DNA from: Actinomycetota bacterium
Lineage (GTDB): Bacteria; Actinomycetota; Nitriliruptoria; Euzebyales; JAHELV01
DNA: 64,000 nt
Assembly (NCBI GenBank): GCA_019347695.1
Contig: JAHWKT010000001.1
Span: 24,230-88,229 of the forward strand
Direction of reading: 5' to 3'
The translations under genes and the position numbers were made by a program. The notes under the pieces were generated by a model, which saw nothing but the letters and a program-made list of their open reading frames with translations, searched no databases and was not told the DNA's origin. Positions 29,261-39,455 of the stretch are shown here, piece by piece; the stretch's first letter is position 1, and every line of letters starts with the position of its first letter.

Positions 29261-30635
29261 CGTCGTGGGCGATCTCAATCAGATCTGGCAGGCGAGCCTC
29301 AAGATCCTTCGTGAGGATCTCACCGCAGCTGCGATACACGCGTGGCTCGACGACACCCAGCCGATCGGCATCGAGAACGACACGGTGGTCCTGGCCGCGC
29401 CACACCGGTTCGCGCGAGAGCAACTGGACGCGCGGTACGGAGACGCGCTACGCACCGCGCTGACCGCAGCCGCTGGCCGCGCGCTGAACGTCCTGGTGAT
29501 CGTGCGCACCGACGCCCAACTCCACGAGACCGCCCCCCCGTCGTCCGTGGCACCGGCCCCGTACGTGCCCGAACGGGCGCCGACCGTGCCGGTGGGCGCG
29601 GGTGGACGACTCAACGAGAAGTACACGTTCGACCGGTTCGTCATCGGGGCGAGCAACCGCTTCGCCCACGCCGCGGCGTTCGCGGTCGCGGAGGCGCCGG
29701 CGCAGGCCTACAACCCCCTGTTCATCTACGGCGGCGCAGGACTGGGCAAGACCCACCTGCTGCAGGCGGTCGGGCACTACACCACATCGCTGTTCAGTGA
29801 TCTGCGGGTGCACTACGCCACCAGCGAGCAGTTCACCAACGAGTTCATCGATGCCATCCAGAGCGGCCGCCGTGTGGGCTTCCAGCGGCGCTACCGCGAT
29901 GTCGACGTGCTGATGATCGACGACATCCAGTTCCTCGAGAACAAGGAGCAGACGCAGGAGGAGTTCTTCCACACGTTCAACGCGCTGCACAACGCACAGA
30001 AGCAGATCGTGATCTCCTCCGACCGACCGCCCAAGGAGATCGGCCAGCTCGAGGAACGACTGCGCACCCGTTTCAGCTGGGGCCTGATCACCGACATCCA
30101 GCCGCCGGACCTCGAGACCCGTCTGGCGATCCTCCGCAAGAAGTCGCAGCAGGATCAGCTGCCCATCCCCGACGATGTGCTCGAGCTGATCGCCAGCCGC
30201 ATCGCATCGAACATCCGCGAGCTGGAGGGCGCCCTCATCCGCGTCGCCGCCTTCGCCAGCCTCCAACGCACCGAGATCACCCTCGAGCTCGCCCAGATGG
30301 TGCTCAAGGACCTGCTGCCGGAGCCCTCGGCGGTCGACATCACCGTCGGTCTCATCATGGCCGAGACCGCCGACTACTTCAGCCTCACGCTCGATGACCT
30401 GTGCTCGACGAGCCGGACGCGCCAACTCGTCAACGCGCGGCAGATCGCGATGTACCTGACCCGCGAGCTGACCGATCTGTCACTGCCCAAGATCGGCCAA
30501 GCCTTCGGCGGCCGCGACCACACGACCGTCATCCACGCCACCAACAAGATCGGCGGCCTGATGCAGGAGCGGCACGCGATCTTCGATCAGGTGCAGGAGC
30601 TCACGACGCGCATCAAGAACGCCGCGAACGCCTAG
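29247..30635 (+). CDS. dnaA: Chromosomal replication initiator DnaA
   Basis: Walker [12 protein letters not shown], box VII, and the C-terminal DNA-binding region [14 protein letters not shown] start at 29247, or at 29253 which has better spacing from GGGAGGA. Confidence 0.95.
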   Translation: MPVETVVGDLNQIWQASLKILREDLTAAAIHAWLDDTQPIGIENDTVVLAAPHRFAREQLDARYGDALRTALTAAAGRALNVLVIVRTDAQLHETAPPSSVAPAPYVPERAPTVPVGAGGRLNEKYTFDRFVIGASNRFAHAAAFAVAEAPAQAYNPLFIYGGAGLGKTHLLQAVGHYTTSLFSDLRVHYATSEQFTNEFIDAIQSGRRVGFQRRYRDVDVLMIDDIQFLENKEQTQEEFFHTFNALHNAQKQIVISSDRPPKEIGQLEERLRTRFSWGLITDIQPPDLETRLAILRKKSQQDQLPIPDDVLELIASRIASNIRELEGALIRVAAFASLQRTEITLELAQMVLKDLLPEPSAVDITVGLIMAETADYFSLTLDDLCSTSRTRQLVNARQIAMYLTRELTDLSLPKIGQAFGGRDHTTVIHATNKIGGLMQERHAIFDQVQELTTRIKNAANA

Positions 30636-30979
30636 GTCGGTTTCCAGATGCGGACCCTGTGGACCACCTGTGCATCACACGTGGGACGACATGTGGAAAA
30701 CTGGGAGTTGTCCACCGCGGAGATGAACCACATGGGTGTCATGGGGACAACGTCAACGTTGTCCACGACTCGTCAACAGGAAGTCCACGTGCCGTGCACA
30801 GGCCGCGGTGCCGGTCTGACCTGCGATGACGACGTGCTATCCACAGGATCGCGGTTTCCCTACTACTACGACAGATCTGCAATAGGAGACACGGTCTTCA
30901 GTCGGGCAGCCCGGGTGCTGTGCACAACCGGCTCCGCCGGACACCGAACGAAGTTCCCATACCCCGCACGGAGGACGAC
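30636..30979. other. oriC (dnaA-dnaN spacer) with at least 8 DnaA-box-like 9-mers and an AT-richer stretch
   Basis: TGTGGACCA 30658, TGTGGAAAA 30692, TTGTCCACC 30708, TGGGGACAA 30742, TTGTCCACG 30759, AAGTCCACG 30781, CTATCCACA 30838, TGTGCACAA 30920. The AT-richer stretch is TACTACTACGACAGATCTGCAATAGGAGA, near 30861-30889. Confidence 0.75.
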
Positions 30980-32101
30980 ATGAAGTTCCGGGCTGAGCGC
31001 ACCGAGTTCGCCGAGGCCGCCACCTGGGTGCTGCGCACCGTCGGCGCGCGAGCCACCCTGCCGGCGCTGTCGGGTGTACGCATGGAGGTCGCCGGCGACC
31101 GGTTGCTGCTCGGATCCACCGACCTCGAGATCTCGAGCACCTTGTCGATCCCTGTCCAGGCGCACCGCGACGGTGTGGCGCTCGTCCCCGGCCGCCTACT
31201 CGGCGACGTCGTGCGCAGTCTGCCCAACGCGGCTGTCAGCGCCGATGCCGACGCGGATCGGCTGCACCTGGAGTGCGGCAATGCCAGGTTCGACCTGCGC
31301 CTCATGCCGCTCGAGGACTTCCCGTCACTCGCAGCCGCGAGTGACGACGCCACGCCCGCGGTGATGAAGGCCGACGAGTTCGCCGCACGCGTAGCGCAGG
31401 TGGCCCGCGCCGCCAGCACCGACGACGCCCGGCCGGTGCTCACGGGTGTCTACGTCGAGGCGACTGCCGACGAGTTGGTCCTGGCCGCGACCGACTCGTA
31501 CCGGCTGGCCGTGCTGACGCTCGGCTGGCAACAGGACGTCGAGGGCACGGTGCTGTTGCCCCGGCGCGCGCTCGATGAGGCACGGCGATCGGCGGAGCAG
31601 CTCGGATCGGAGGTCCGCATCGCCTTCGAGGACAGTCAGGTCGGGTTCGACTTCGGTGACCGGCAGCTCGTCACCCGGCTCATCGAAGGGTCGTTCCCCC
31701 CGTTCAGGCAGCTGATTCCGTCGGGCTACGAACGACGGCTCGAGGTCGACCGCGCAGACCTGATCGAGGTCGTCCGCCGCGTTTCGGTCGTCGGCGATGC
31801 CAACACGACCGCCACGCCGGTGACGCTGCACCTGTCGGCTGACACCGTACGGGTGACCGCCGGCAGCGGTGAGATCGGCGAGGCTGAGGAGTCACTGCCA
31901 GGTGTGCTCGAGGGCGACGATCTGCAGATCGCCTTCAATCCGCGCTACCTCACCGATGGGTTGGATGCGACCGGGACCCAGCAGGTGGCGCTCGAGTTCC
32001 GCGACGATTTGAAGCCGGCGGTCATCCGTCCGACCGACGAGACCGACGACTCGGAGACACCGGTCGACTTCCTGTATCTGCTGATGCCGGTGCGGTTGTA
32101 G
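30980..32101 (+). CDS. dnaN: DNA polymerase III beta sliding clamp
   Basis: MKFRAERTEFAEA...LLGSTDLEIS...ATDSYRLA...MPVRL. GGAGGA RBS upstream. Confidence 0.95.
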   Translation: MKFRAERTEFAEAATWVLRTVGARATLPALSGVRMEVAGDRLLLGSTDLEISSTLSIPVQAHRDGVALVPGRLLGDVVRSLPNAAVSADADADRLHLECGNARFDLRLMPLEDFPSLAAASDDATPAVMKADEFAARVAQVARAASTDDARPVLTGVYVEATADELVLAATDSYRLAVLTLGWQQDVEGTVLLPRRALDEARRSAEQLGSEVRIAFEDSQVGFDFGDRQLVTRLIEGSFPPFRQLIPSGYERRLEVDRADLIEVVRRVSVVGDANTTATPVTLHLSADTVRVTAGSGEIGEAEESLPGVLEGDDLQIAFNPRYLTDGLDATGTQQVALEFRDDLKPAVIRPTDETDDSETPVDFLYLLMPVRL

Positions 32102-32116
32102 GCGAGACACCGGCGC

Positions 32117-33313
32117 GTGCTGCTCGAGCGGCTGGAGCTCGTGGACTTCCGGGCGTACGCCGCCGTCGACGTGCCGTTCCAGGCGGGTCCGAACGTGCTG
32201 GTGGGGCGCAACGCGGAGGGCAAGACGAACGTGCTGGAGGCGATCTACTACCTCGCGACGGGTTCCAGTCATCGCACGAGCAGCGACACGCCGCTGGTGC
32301 GCGCGGGCGCCGAGGCGGCGATCATCCGCGCACATGCGCGCAGCGATGCGGGTCGGCAGGTGCGAGTTGAGTACGAGCTGCGACGGGGCGGGCGGTCGCG
32401 GTCGCGGGTCGGTGGCCAGGCGCAACCGCGGGTGCGTGACGCTCTCGGGCAGATCCGGGCCGTGCTGTTCGCGCCCGAGGACGTGCAGCTTGTGCGGGGC
32501 GATCCGTCGGACCGCCGCAGGTTCCTCGACGAGCTGCTGACCCAACGGCGCCCGGCGTACCATGCGGCGCGGCAGGAGTACGACCGGGTGCTCCGCCAGC
32601 GCAACGCGCTGCTACGTTCGGCGCGGGGGCCGAGCGGGCCATCGGCCACCCTGGACACCTGGACCGACGCCCTGGTTGCTGCAGGTAGCGCCGTTCTCGC
32701 GGCGCGTATCGCCTCCGTGCACGCGTTGGCGGGACCGGCGGCGAGCGCGTACGCCGATCTCGTCGGCGCTGCGGCCGGTCCGTCCGCGCGTGTGCAGTTG
32801 GCGTATCAGCTGTCGACGGGCCGCAGCATCGTCGGCGACCCCGACCGCGGTGTACCCGACCCCGCCGAGCTCGCGAAGGAGCTGCGTACCGGGCTGGACG
32901 AGCGACATGCCGCCGAGTTGGAGCGCGGTGTCACGCTGGCGGGCCCGCACCGGGACGATTTGGCGCTGTCGTTGGCGGAGCTGCCGGCGAAGGGGTTTGC
33001 CAGCCATGGTGAGATGTGGTCGCTGGTCCTGGCACTGCGGCTGGCCAGCCGAGAGGTGTTGTTCGAGGTTGGTGACGAGCCGGTGGTGCTGCTCGATGAC
33101 GTCTTCGCCGAGCTCGACGAGGAGCGTCGCCGACGGCTGGCCGCCCGCTGCGACCGATTCGGCCAGGTGCTCGTCACCGCCGCGGTCGACGGCGACGTGC
33201 CCCTGGACGGACCGCGCTACGCGGTCCGTGACCGTACGATCATCCCGCCACCGGAGCTGGTTGAGGGTGAGGGCGAGCGTCAGCGAGCCGGCGGGTGGGG
33301 ACCTGATGGGTGA
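32117..33313 (+). CDS. recF: DNA replication and repair protein RecF
   Basis: Walker A GRNAEGKTNVLEAIYY, signature SHGEMWSLVLALRLA, Walker B VVLLDDVFAELD. The C-terminal tail runs into the 43-bp tandem repeat. Confidence 0.9.
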   Translation: MLLERLELVDFRAYAAVDVPFQAGPNVLVGRNAEGKTNVLEAIYYLATGSSHRTSSDTPLVRAGAEAAIIRAHARSDAGRQVRVEYELRRGGRSRSRVGGQAQPRVRDALGQIRAVLFAPEDVQLVRGDPSDRRRFLDELLTQRRPAYHAARQEYDRVLRQRNALLRSARGPSGPSATLDTWTDALVAAGSAVLAARIASVHALAGPAASAYADLVGAAAGPSARVQLAYQLSTGRSIVGDPDRGVPDPAELAKELRTGLDERHAAELERGVTLAGPHRDDLALSLAELPAKGFASHGEMWSLVLALRLASREVLFEVGDEPVVLLDDVFAELDEERRRRLAARCDRFGQVLVTAAVDGDVPLDGPRYAVRDRTIIPPPELVEGEGERQRAGGWGPDG

Positions 33314-33350
33314 GGGCGAGCGTCAGCGAGCCGGCGGGTGGGGACCGGAT
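33265..33350. repeat. 43-bp tandem duplication (2 copies, 1 mismatch) spanning the recF stop and the dciA start
   Basis: GGGTGAGGGCGAGCGTCAGCGAGCCGGCGGGTGGGGACC occurs at 33265-33303 and 33308-33346. It is followed by TGAT in the first copy and GGAT in the second. Confidence 0.9.
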
Positions 33351-33729
33351 GTCTGACAGCTCTGACAGACCCCGCCGCCGCTGGTACGACCCGTTGGGTG
33401 TGCCCCCGGAGCAGGTCGCCCGGTCCCGGGCGGTTCCGCCGGTGGGCGATGCGGTGCGGGCGCTCGCTGCACGCCGCGGGTGGCAGTCGCACCTCGTCGC
33501 GGGCGATCTGCACAGCCAGTGGGAGGCGATCGTCGGACCGCAGCTCGCTGGTCACACCGCACCACTGCGTCTCCAGGGTGGCGTGCTCGTGCTGGCTGCG
33601 GCCACACCGCTGTGGGCCGCGGAGGTCCGCCAGCTCGGTAGTGTCATCACCCGTCGCGTCAACGAACGGCTCGGCGAGGGCACCGTACGCACGATCACTG
33701 TGTCGGTTCGCCGATCAAAAACCCGCTGA
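33349..33729 (+). CDS. dciA: DUF721 protein (Rv0004/DciA-like)
   Basis: Conserved position between recF and gyrB. WEAIVGPQLAGHTAPLRLQGGVLVLAAATPLWAAEVRQL. Start at the ATG at 33349 (MSDSSD); the track start at 33310 lies inside the repeat. Confidence 0.7.
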   Translation: MSDSSDRPRRRWYDPLGVPPEQVARSRAVPPVGDAVRALAARRGWQSHLVAGDLHSQWEAIVGPQLAGHTAPLRLQGGVLVLAAATPLWAAEVRQLGSVITRRVNERLGEGTVRTITVSVRRSKTR

Positions 33730-33767
33730 CCAGCGGAAATGCGCGGAAGGCCATGCACAGGCCATCG

Positions 33768-33796
33768 GTGTACCCGTGGTATAATCAACGGTACAC
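33768..33796 (+). promoter_or_regulatory. Candidate gyrB promoter: extended -10 (TGGTATAAT) bracketed by a 7-bp inverted repeat
   Basis: TATAAT at 33780-33785 is preceded by TGG. GTGTACC (33768-33774) pairs with GGTACAC (33790-33796). The site is about 150 nt upstream of the gyrB ATG. Confidence 0.45.
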
Positions 33797-33938
33797 AGGC
33801 GGCCTCGCCACCACAGCGCCGCGCACGACGCGCATGGCGCGGGGTCGACCAGCCGCTCATCGTCTACGACGCCCGGTTGTCGCTGCGATCTTTCCGCATC
33901 CTCTCGGTGACGCCCCGTGATGACACACGAAGGATCAC

Positions 33939-35945
33939 ATGCCCGTGAGCACCACCCCGCCGGAGTACGGCGCCAAGGACATCACGGTGCTCGAGGGTCT
34001 CGAGGCCGTGCGCAAGCGGCCCGGCATGTACATCGGCTCGACGGGACCCCGTGGGCTCCACCACCTCGTCTACGAGATCGTCGACAACTCGGTCGACGAG
34101 GCGATGGCGGGACGGTGCAGCACCATCGACATCGTGCTGGGCACCGATCACTCCGTGCGCGTGTCCGACGATGGTCGCGGCATTCCCGTCGGTGAGCACC
34201 CGACGTTGCACCGCTCGGCGCTCGAGGTCGTGCTCACGGTGCTGCACGCCGGCGGCAAGTTCGACAACAAGTCGTATGCGGTGTCGGGTGGGCTGCACGG
34301 CGTCGGCGTGTCGGTCGTCAACGCGTTGTCAGAGCGACTCGTGGCCGAGGTCCGGCGTGATGGCCGGTTGTACCGCCAGAGCTTCCAGCGTGGCGTGCCC
34401 GACGCACCCGTCGCGGACATCGGTCCCGCAGACGGCACCGGTACCACGATCACGTTCTGGGCGGACCGGGAGATCTTCGAGACGCTGGACTACAACTGGG
34501 ACACGCTGACGACACGCTTCCGCGAGACAGCGTTTCTGACCGCCGGACTGCAGATCACCGTCACCGATGAGCGGGTGCGCGACGGATCGGGTGCGCTCCG
34601 TCGCGCGGAGTACCGCTTCGATGGCGGGCTGCGAGACTTCGTCGCACACCTATCGGCCGCGAAGGAACCGCTGCACGACACGATCATCGCGTTCAGTGCG
34701 GCCGAAGAGGGCGACGGCGGACCGCAGGAGATCGAGGTCGCCCTGCAGTGGAACGGCAGCTTCCACGACTCGATCCACACGTTCGCCAACACGATCAACA
34801 CCCACGAGGGCGGCACCCACGAAGAGGGCTTCAAGAAGGCGCTCACCGGCGTGGTCAACCGGGTGGCCCGGGAAGCTGGGCTGTTCAAGCCCACCAGCAA
34901 GGAACGCGACCTCACGTTGACGGGCGAGGACATCCGTGAGGGTCTGGTCGCGATCGTGTCGGTGAAGCTCGCCGACCCACAGTTCGAGGGGCAGACCAAG
35001 ACGAAGCTGGGCAACACCGAGATCCGCAGCTTCGTCGAGCGCACGTGCAACGAGCACCTGAAGAACTGGTTCGCAGAGCATCCCCACGAGATCCGGGTGA
35101 TCGTCAACAAGGCGATCCAGGGCGCCCGGGCGCGGATGGCGGCGCGCAAAGCGCGTGACCTCACGCGCCGCAAGGGGCTGCTCGAGTCGCACTCGCTGCC
35201 AGGCAAGCTCGCCGACTGCCAGTCCAACGACCCGCAGGAGACCGAGATCTTCGTGGTCGAGGGCGACTCGGCCGGCGGCTCGTCGAAGCAGGCGCGTGAC
35301 CGGCGGATCCAGGCGATCCTGCCGATCCGCGGCAAGATCCTCAACGTCGAGAAGGCCCGCTTGGGCAAAGCCCTGGAGAACCGCGAGATCCAGGCGCTGA
35401 TCACCGCGATCGGCACTGGCATCGGCGAGGAGTTCGACCTCACCAAGTTGCGGTACAACAAGATCGTGATGCTGATGGACGCCGACGTCGACGGCGCGCA
35501 CATCCGGACGTTGGTGCTCACGTTCCTGTTCCGCCACATGCGCGAGCTGATCGATGCCGGCCACGTCTACATCGCCCAGCCACCGCTGTATCAGATCGCG
35601 CCCGCCAACAGCAAGGACAAGCACCGCGACGCCCGCTACGCGTTCAGCGACCCCGAGCGCGACGCGATCCTGCTCGAGTTGCGTGGCGCCGGATCCTCCA
35701 ATGGCAACGGGTCGACGAAGGCGCGCAAGTTCGACATCTTCCGGTTCAAGGGGCTGGGTGAGATGGATCCGCAGCAGCTGTGGGAGACGACCATGGATCC
35801 CAGCGCGCGGGTCATGCGCCAGGTGACGATGGAGGACGCGGCGACCGCCGATCAGCTGTTCACCACGCTGATGGGCGATGATGTCGAGGCCCGCCGCGAC
35901 TTCATCGTCCGCAACGCCAAGGACGTGCGGTTCCTCGACGTCTGA
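33939..35945 (+). CDS. gyrB: DNA gyrase subunit B
   Basis: [17 protein letters not shown], the GHKL ATPase region, Toprim [13 protein letters not shown], and [12 protein letters not shown]-type [11 protein letters not shown]. Confidence 0.95.
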   Translation: MPVSTTPPEYGAKDITVLEGLEAVRKRPGMYIGSTGPRGLHHLVYEIVDNSVDEAMAGRCSTIDIVLGTDHSVRVSDDGRGIPVGEHPTLHRSALEVVLTVLHAGGKFDNKSYAVSGGLHGVGVSVVNALSERLVAEVRRDGRLYRQSFQRGVPDAPVADIGPADGTGTTITFWADREIFETLDYNWDTLTTRFRETAFLTAGLQITVTDERVRDGSGALRRAEYRFDGGLRDFVAHLSAAKEPLHDTIIAFSAAEEGDGGPQEIEVALQWNGSFHDSIHTFANTINTHEGGTHEEGFKKALTGVVNRVAREAGLFKPTSKERDLTLTGEDIREGLVAIVSVKLADPQFEGQTKTKLGNTEIRSFVERTCNEHLKNWFAEHPHEIRVIVNKAIQGARARMAARKARDLTRRKGLLESHSLPGKLADCQSNDPQETEIFVVEGDSAGGSSKQARDRRIQAILPIRGKILNVEKARLGKALENREIQALITAIGTGIGEEFDLTKLRYNKIVMLMDADVDGAHIRTLVLTFLFRHMRELIDAGHVYIAQPPLYQIAPANSKDKHRDARYAFSDPERDAILLELRGAGSSNGNGSTKARKFDIFRFKGLGEMDPQQLWETTMDPSARVMRQVTMEDAATADQLFTTLMGDDVEARRDFIVRNAKDVRFLDV

Positions 35946-35998
35946 CGATCTCCCGGCAGCCACACCTTGGACGTTAGGAGCGCGGCGCAGCCGCGGGA

Positions 35999-36057
35999 AG
36001 TAGCGACAGCGGTAGGTCACATGGCACGACCTCGAGTAGCGACAGCGGTAGGTCACA
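35999..36057 (+). repeat. Tandem repeat, 36-nt period (about 1.6 units), in the gyrB-gyrA spacer; same family as 58599-58654
   Basis: AGTAGCGACAGCGGTAGGTCACA occurs at 35999-36021 and 36035-36057. GACCT/AGGTC arms can form alternative hairpins. Confidence 0.9.
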
Positions 36058-36061
36058 CGGA

Positions 36062-38536
36062 ATGAGCGAAGAAGTCTTGTCAGCACCAGGAGCGCCCGAG
36101 CCCGGCGAGCAGTTCGAGCCGATCGAGCTCGAGGACGAGCTGCAACGGTCCTACCTCGACTACGCGATGTCGGTCATCGTTGGCCGGGCGCTGCCCAGCG
36201 CGCAGGACGGCCTCAAGCCCGTGCACCGCCGGATCCTGTACTCGATGTACGAGGGCGGCATGCGCGCCACCGCCAAGCAGCGCAAGGCCGCCGCCGCGGT
36301 GGGCGACGTGATGAAGAAGTACCACCCGCATGGCGACTCGGCGATCTACGACGCGTTGGTGCGGATGGCCCAGCCGTGGGCGATCCGCTACCCGCTGATC
36401 GACGGGCACGGCAACTTCGGCTCGATCGACGGCGATGCGGCCGCGGCGATGCGCTATACCGAGGCGCGGCTGTCGCCGCTGGCCATGGAACTGCTGCGCG
36501 ACATCGACGAGGACACTGTCGACTTCGTCGACAACTACGACGGGGAGGAGCAGGAGCCCGTCGTCCTGCCCAGCCGGTTCCCGAACCTGCTGGTCAACGG
36601 CAGCTCGGGCATCGCGGTGGGCATGTCGACCAACGTGCCGCCGCACAACCTGGTCGAGATGAGCAACGCGGTGATCGCCTGCATCGACGACCCCGACATC
36701 ACGCTCGACGACATCCAGCGGATCTGCCCCGGACCCGACTTCCCGACGGGCGCGCTGGTCATGGGCACGTCGGGCATCCGTGACGCGTACGAGACGGGTC
36801 GCGGATCCATCCGCATGCGTGCGATCAGCGAGATCGAGGAGGACCGCAACGGCGAGCGGATCGTCGTCAGTGAGCTGCCCTACCAGGTCAACAAGGCGAA
36901 CCTGGCGATGAAGATCGCCGACCTGGTCAACGAGCGGCGCATCTCCGGCATCCGCGACGTGCGCGACGAGTCCAACCGCGAGGGCATCCGGTTGGTCATC
37001 GAGCTGCAGCGGGGTGCCAACGCGCAGGTCGTGCTCAACCAGCTGTACAAGATGACCCAGCTGCAGGAGACGTTCGGGGTCATCAATCTCGCCCTGGTCG
37101 ACGGCGTGCCGCGGACGCTCGGCCTGCTCGACACGATCCGCATCTACATCGATCACCAGATCACGATCGTGACCCGGCGGACGCGCTACCGGCTGCGCAA
37201 GGCCGAGGAGCGTGCGCACGTCCTCGAGGGTCTGATCGTCGCGCTCGACCACCTCGACGAGGTCATCGCGCTGATCCGCAACGCCGCGTCGGCCGACGCC
37301 GCGTTGGGTGAGCTGCAGGAGCGCTTCGAGCTGTCGGAGATCCAGGCGCGCGCGATCCTCGACATGCAGCTGCGACGCCTCGCCGCGCTCGAACGCCAGC
37401 GGATCCTCGACGAGTACGCTGAGCTGACCGACCGCATCGCCGACCTGCGCGACATCCTGGCGCGTCCGGAGCGCGTCCGGGCGATCATCGTCGAGGAGCT
37501 GACGGAGATCCGCGACCGGTTCGGCGACGCCCGCCGCACACGCATCATGCCGGGCGACGGCGACCTCGACATGGTCGACCTGATCCCGCTGGAGGACGTG
37601 GTCGTCACGGTCACGCGGGCCGGCTACGTCAAGCGCACCAAGGTGAGTGAGTACCGCACACAGCGGCGCGGTGGCAAGGGCGTGGCCGGCGCCGGGCTCA
37701 AGGCGGACGACATCGTGCGGGACCTGTTCGTCACGACGACGCACCACTGGCTGCTGTTCTTCACCAATGCGGGGCGCGTCTACCGCGTGCGTGCGTGGAG
37801 CATCCCCGAGAAGTCACGCACCGCCCGGGGCGTGTACGTGACGAGCGTCGAGGGCCTCGCGCTCGAGGAGGACGAGCGCATCGCCGCCGTGGTGGCGCTG
37901 CGGGACTTCGAGGGCAACGGCGGACACTTCCTGACCTTCGCGACCGAGCAGGGCATGGTCAAGCGGACCGCGTTGTCCGACTACGACTCGCCGCGCCAGG
38001 TGCTGATCGCGATCAACCTGCGCGACGGCGACCGATTGATCGGTGTGGCGGTCACGACGGGCGAGGATGACATCTTCCTGGTGTCGCGCAAGGGCATGGC
38101 GATCCGCTTCCACGAGACCGATGCCCGGGCGATGGGCCGCGACACGACCGGCGTCATCGGCATGCACCTCGCCGCCGACGCCGTGCTGTCGATGATGCCG
38201 GCCGTTGCCGATGGGCAGCTGTTGGTCGTGACGGAAGAAGGCTACGGTAAGCGCACACCGCTGGAGCGGTACCCGAGCCAACGTCGTGGCGGCAAGGGGG
38301 TCCGGACAGCCAGGCTGACCGACGCCCGCGGCGCGCTGGTCGGTGCGCTGATCGCCGCGTACGAACAGGAGATCTTCATCATCACCGACAGCGGGACCAT
38401 CATCCGGATGGATGTCAAGGACATCCGTCCGACCGGCCGCTCGACCCAGGGTGTGCGGGTGATGACGCCGACGGAAGGCGCGACAGTGGTGGCGATCGCG
38501 CCGGTCCGTGAGGGTGAAGAGCTGGAGGACGAGTAG
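36062..38536 (+). CDS. gyrA: DNA gyrase subunit A
   Basis: [22 protein letters not shown] (catalytic Tyr), and the C-terminal beta-pinwheel with GyrA box QRRGGKG. Confidence 0.95.
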   Translation: MSEEVLSAPGAPEPGEQFEPIELEDELQRSYLDYAMSVIVGRALPSAQDGLKPVHRRILYSMYEGGMRATAKQRKAAAAVGDVMKKYHPHGDSAIYDALVRMAQPWAIRYPLIDGHGNFGSIDGDAAAAMRYTEARLSPLAMELLRDIDEDTVDFVDNYDGEEQEPVVLPSRFPNLLVNGSSGIAVGMSTNVPPHNLVEMSNAVIACIDDPDITLDDIQRICPGPDFPTGALVMGTSGIRDAYETGRGSIRMRAISEIEEDRNGERIVVSELPYQVNKANLAMKIADLVNERRISGIRDVRDESNREGIRLVIELQRGANAQVVLNQLYKMTQLQETFGVINLALVDGVPRTLGLLDTIRIYIDHQITIVTRRTRYRLRKAEERAHVLEGLIVALDHLDEVIALIRNAASADAALGELQERFELSEIQARAILDMQLRRLAALERQRILDEYAELTDRIADLRDILARPERVRAIIVEELTEIRDRFGDARRTRIMPGDGDLDMVDLIPLEDVVVTVTRAGYVKRTKVSEYRTQRRGGKGVAGAGLKADDIVRDLFVTTTHHWLLFFTNAGRVYRVRAWSIPEKSRTARGVYVTSVEGLALEEDERIAAVVALRDFEGNGGHFLTFATEQGMVKRTALSDYDSPRQVLIAINLRDGDRLIGVAVTTGEDDIFLVSRKGMAIRFHETDARAMGRDTTGVIGMHLAADAVLSMMPAVADGQLLVVTEEGYGKRTPLERYPSQRRGGKGVRTARLTDARGALVGALIAAYEQEIFIITDSGTIIRMDVKDIRPTGRSTQGVRVMTPTEGATVVAIAPVREGEELEDE

Positions 38537-38538
38537 GC

Positions 38539-39063
38539 ATGGACGACTGGTTGCCATCTGAGCGTTCGCGGACGACGGCCAAGCAGCCGACCGCGACGGT
38601 CCCGGGCGGCGTCGCGACGCAAGACACGAGCGATGGACGTCGGCAGCGCTTCACGCAGGCCGTGACGTCTCGGGCCCGCGCGGCCGCCGCGCGGCCGGCC
38701 AACACCCGCCCGACGCGGCGGCTGATACGGCGCGACATCATGGTCCGACGGGTCGACCCGTGGTCCGTGCTGAAGATCAGCGTGGTGTTCTACACCTGCA
38801 TGCTGATCATCGCGATGCTGGCCAACGCGGTGTTCTGGGCGTTCGTCGGCCGACTCGGGTTGATCGACCAGGTCACCGAGATCGCCGGCGCGTTGAACAT
38901 CGCGTTGAGCATCAACACCGGCAACATCCTGCGAGCCTTCTTCCTCGTGGGTGTGCTCGGCGTCATCTTCTGGAGTGCGGTGAACGTGTTCCTCGCGTTT
39001 CTGTACAACCTGGTCGCGGACCTGATCGGCGGCATCCGCATCGATCTCGCGGAGGACGAGTGA
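38539..39063 (+). CDS. DUF3566-type membrane protein (Rv0007-like)
   Basis: RRVDPWSVLKISVVFY...FLYNLVADLIGGIRIDL. Conserved position after gyrA. Confidence 0.8.
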   Translation: MDDWLPSERSRTTAKQPTATVPGGVATQDTSDGRRQRFTQAVTSRARAAAARPANTRPTRRLIRRDIMVRRVDPWSVLKISVVFYTCMLIIAMLANAVFWAFVGRLGLIDQVTEIAGALNIALSINTGNILRAFFLVGVLGVIFWSAVNVFLAFLYNLVADLIGGIRIDLAEDE

Positions 39064-39150
39064 CGCGAGGAACTGGGGCGACGATCGAGCACCTGCATCG
39101 CCTCACGGTCCCCGCTACACTCATCAACCCCCCATCAGATCCCCAATGGA

Positions 39151-39224
39151 GGGCCATTAGCTCAGGCGGTTAGAGCGCGCCCCTGATAAGGGCGAGGTCC
39201 GAGGTTCAAGTCCTCGATGGCCCA
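39151..39224 (+). tRNA. ileT: tRNA-Ile (anticodon GAT)
   Basis: Folded by hand: acceptor GGGCCAT/ATGGCCC, anticodon loop CTGATAA, T-arm CGAGGTTCAAGTCCTCG. No encoded CCA. Confidence 0.9.
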
Positions 39225-39246
39225 CGGTCGACAAGGGATAGTTCCA

Positions 39247-39360
39247 ATGCGCAAGCTGACGCTCATCGCCCTGGCCGCAGCGGCCGTCGCCGCCCTCGTC
39301 AAGCGCCAGCGCGACCGCGAGTTCGACGAGTCCATCTGGGAGGAGCCGAGCGGGGTCTGA
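39247..39360 (+). CDS. 37-aa single-TM protein between tRNA-Ile and tRNA-Ala (possibly a DLW-39-like family member)
   Basis: MRKLTLIALAAAAVAALVKRQRDREFDESIWEEPSGV. AAGGGA lies 8 nt upstream. Not in the ORF track because it is too short. The family assignment is from memory only. Confidence 0.45.
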   Translation: MRKLTLIALAAAAVAALVKRQRDREFDESIWEEPSGV

Positions 39361-39379
39361 CGTCTCGCCTGGCGCTCTC

Positions 39380-39455
39380 GGGCCCTTAGCTCAATTGGTA
39401 GAGCGCCACCTTTGCAAGGTGGAGGTCGCCGGTTCGATTCCGGCAGGGTCCACCA
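39380..39455 (+). tRNA. alaT: tRNA-Ala (anticodon TGC), CCA encoded
   Basis: Acceptor GGGCCCT/AGGGTCC with the G3:U70 identity pair, anticodon loop TTTGCAA, T-arm GCCGGTTCGATTCCGGC. Confidence 0.9.

Noticed and set aside
35999-36057. Whether the short direct repeats (here and at 58599-58654 and 33265-33350) could be a mini CRISPR array.
   Set aside because: There are only two copies each. The stretches between copies are 13, 10 and 4 nt, and no cas genes are present. The units overlap start and stop codons, so they are better explained as tandem duplications or MIRU-like elements.
34650-37747. Long minus-strand ORFs antisense to gyrB and gyrA (34650..36086 and 36080..37747).
   Set aside because: They are antisense to unambiguous gyrase genes. 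The repeated VTYRCRY in the first is simply the gyrB-gyrA tandem repeat read backwards.
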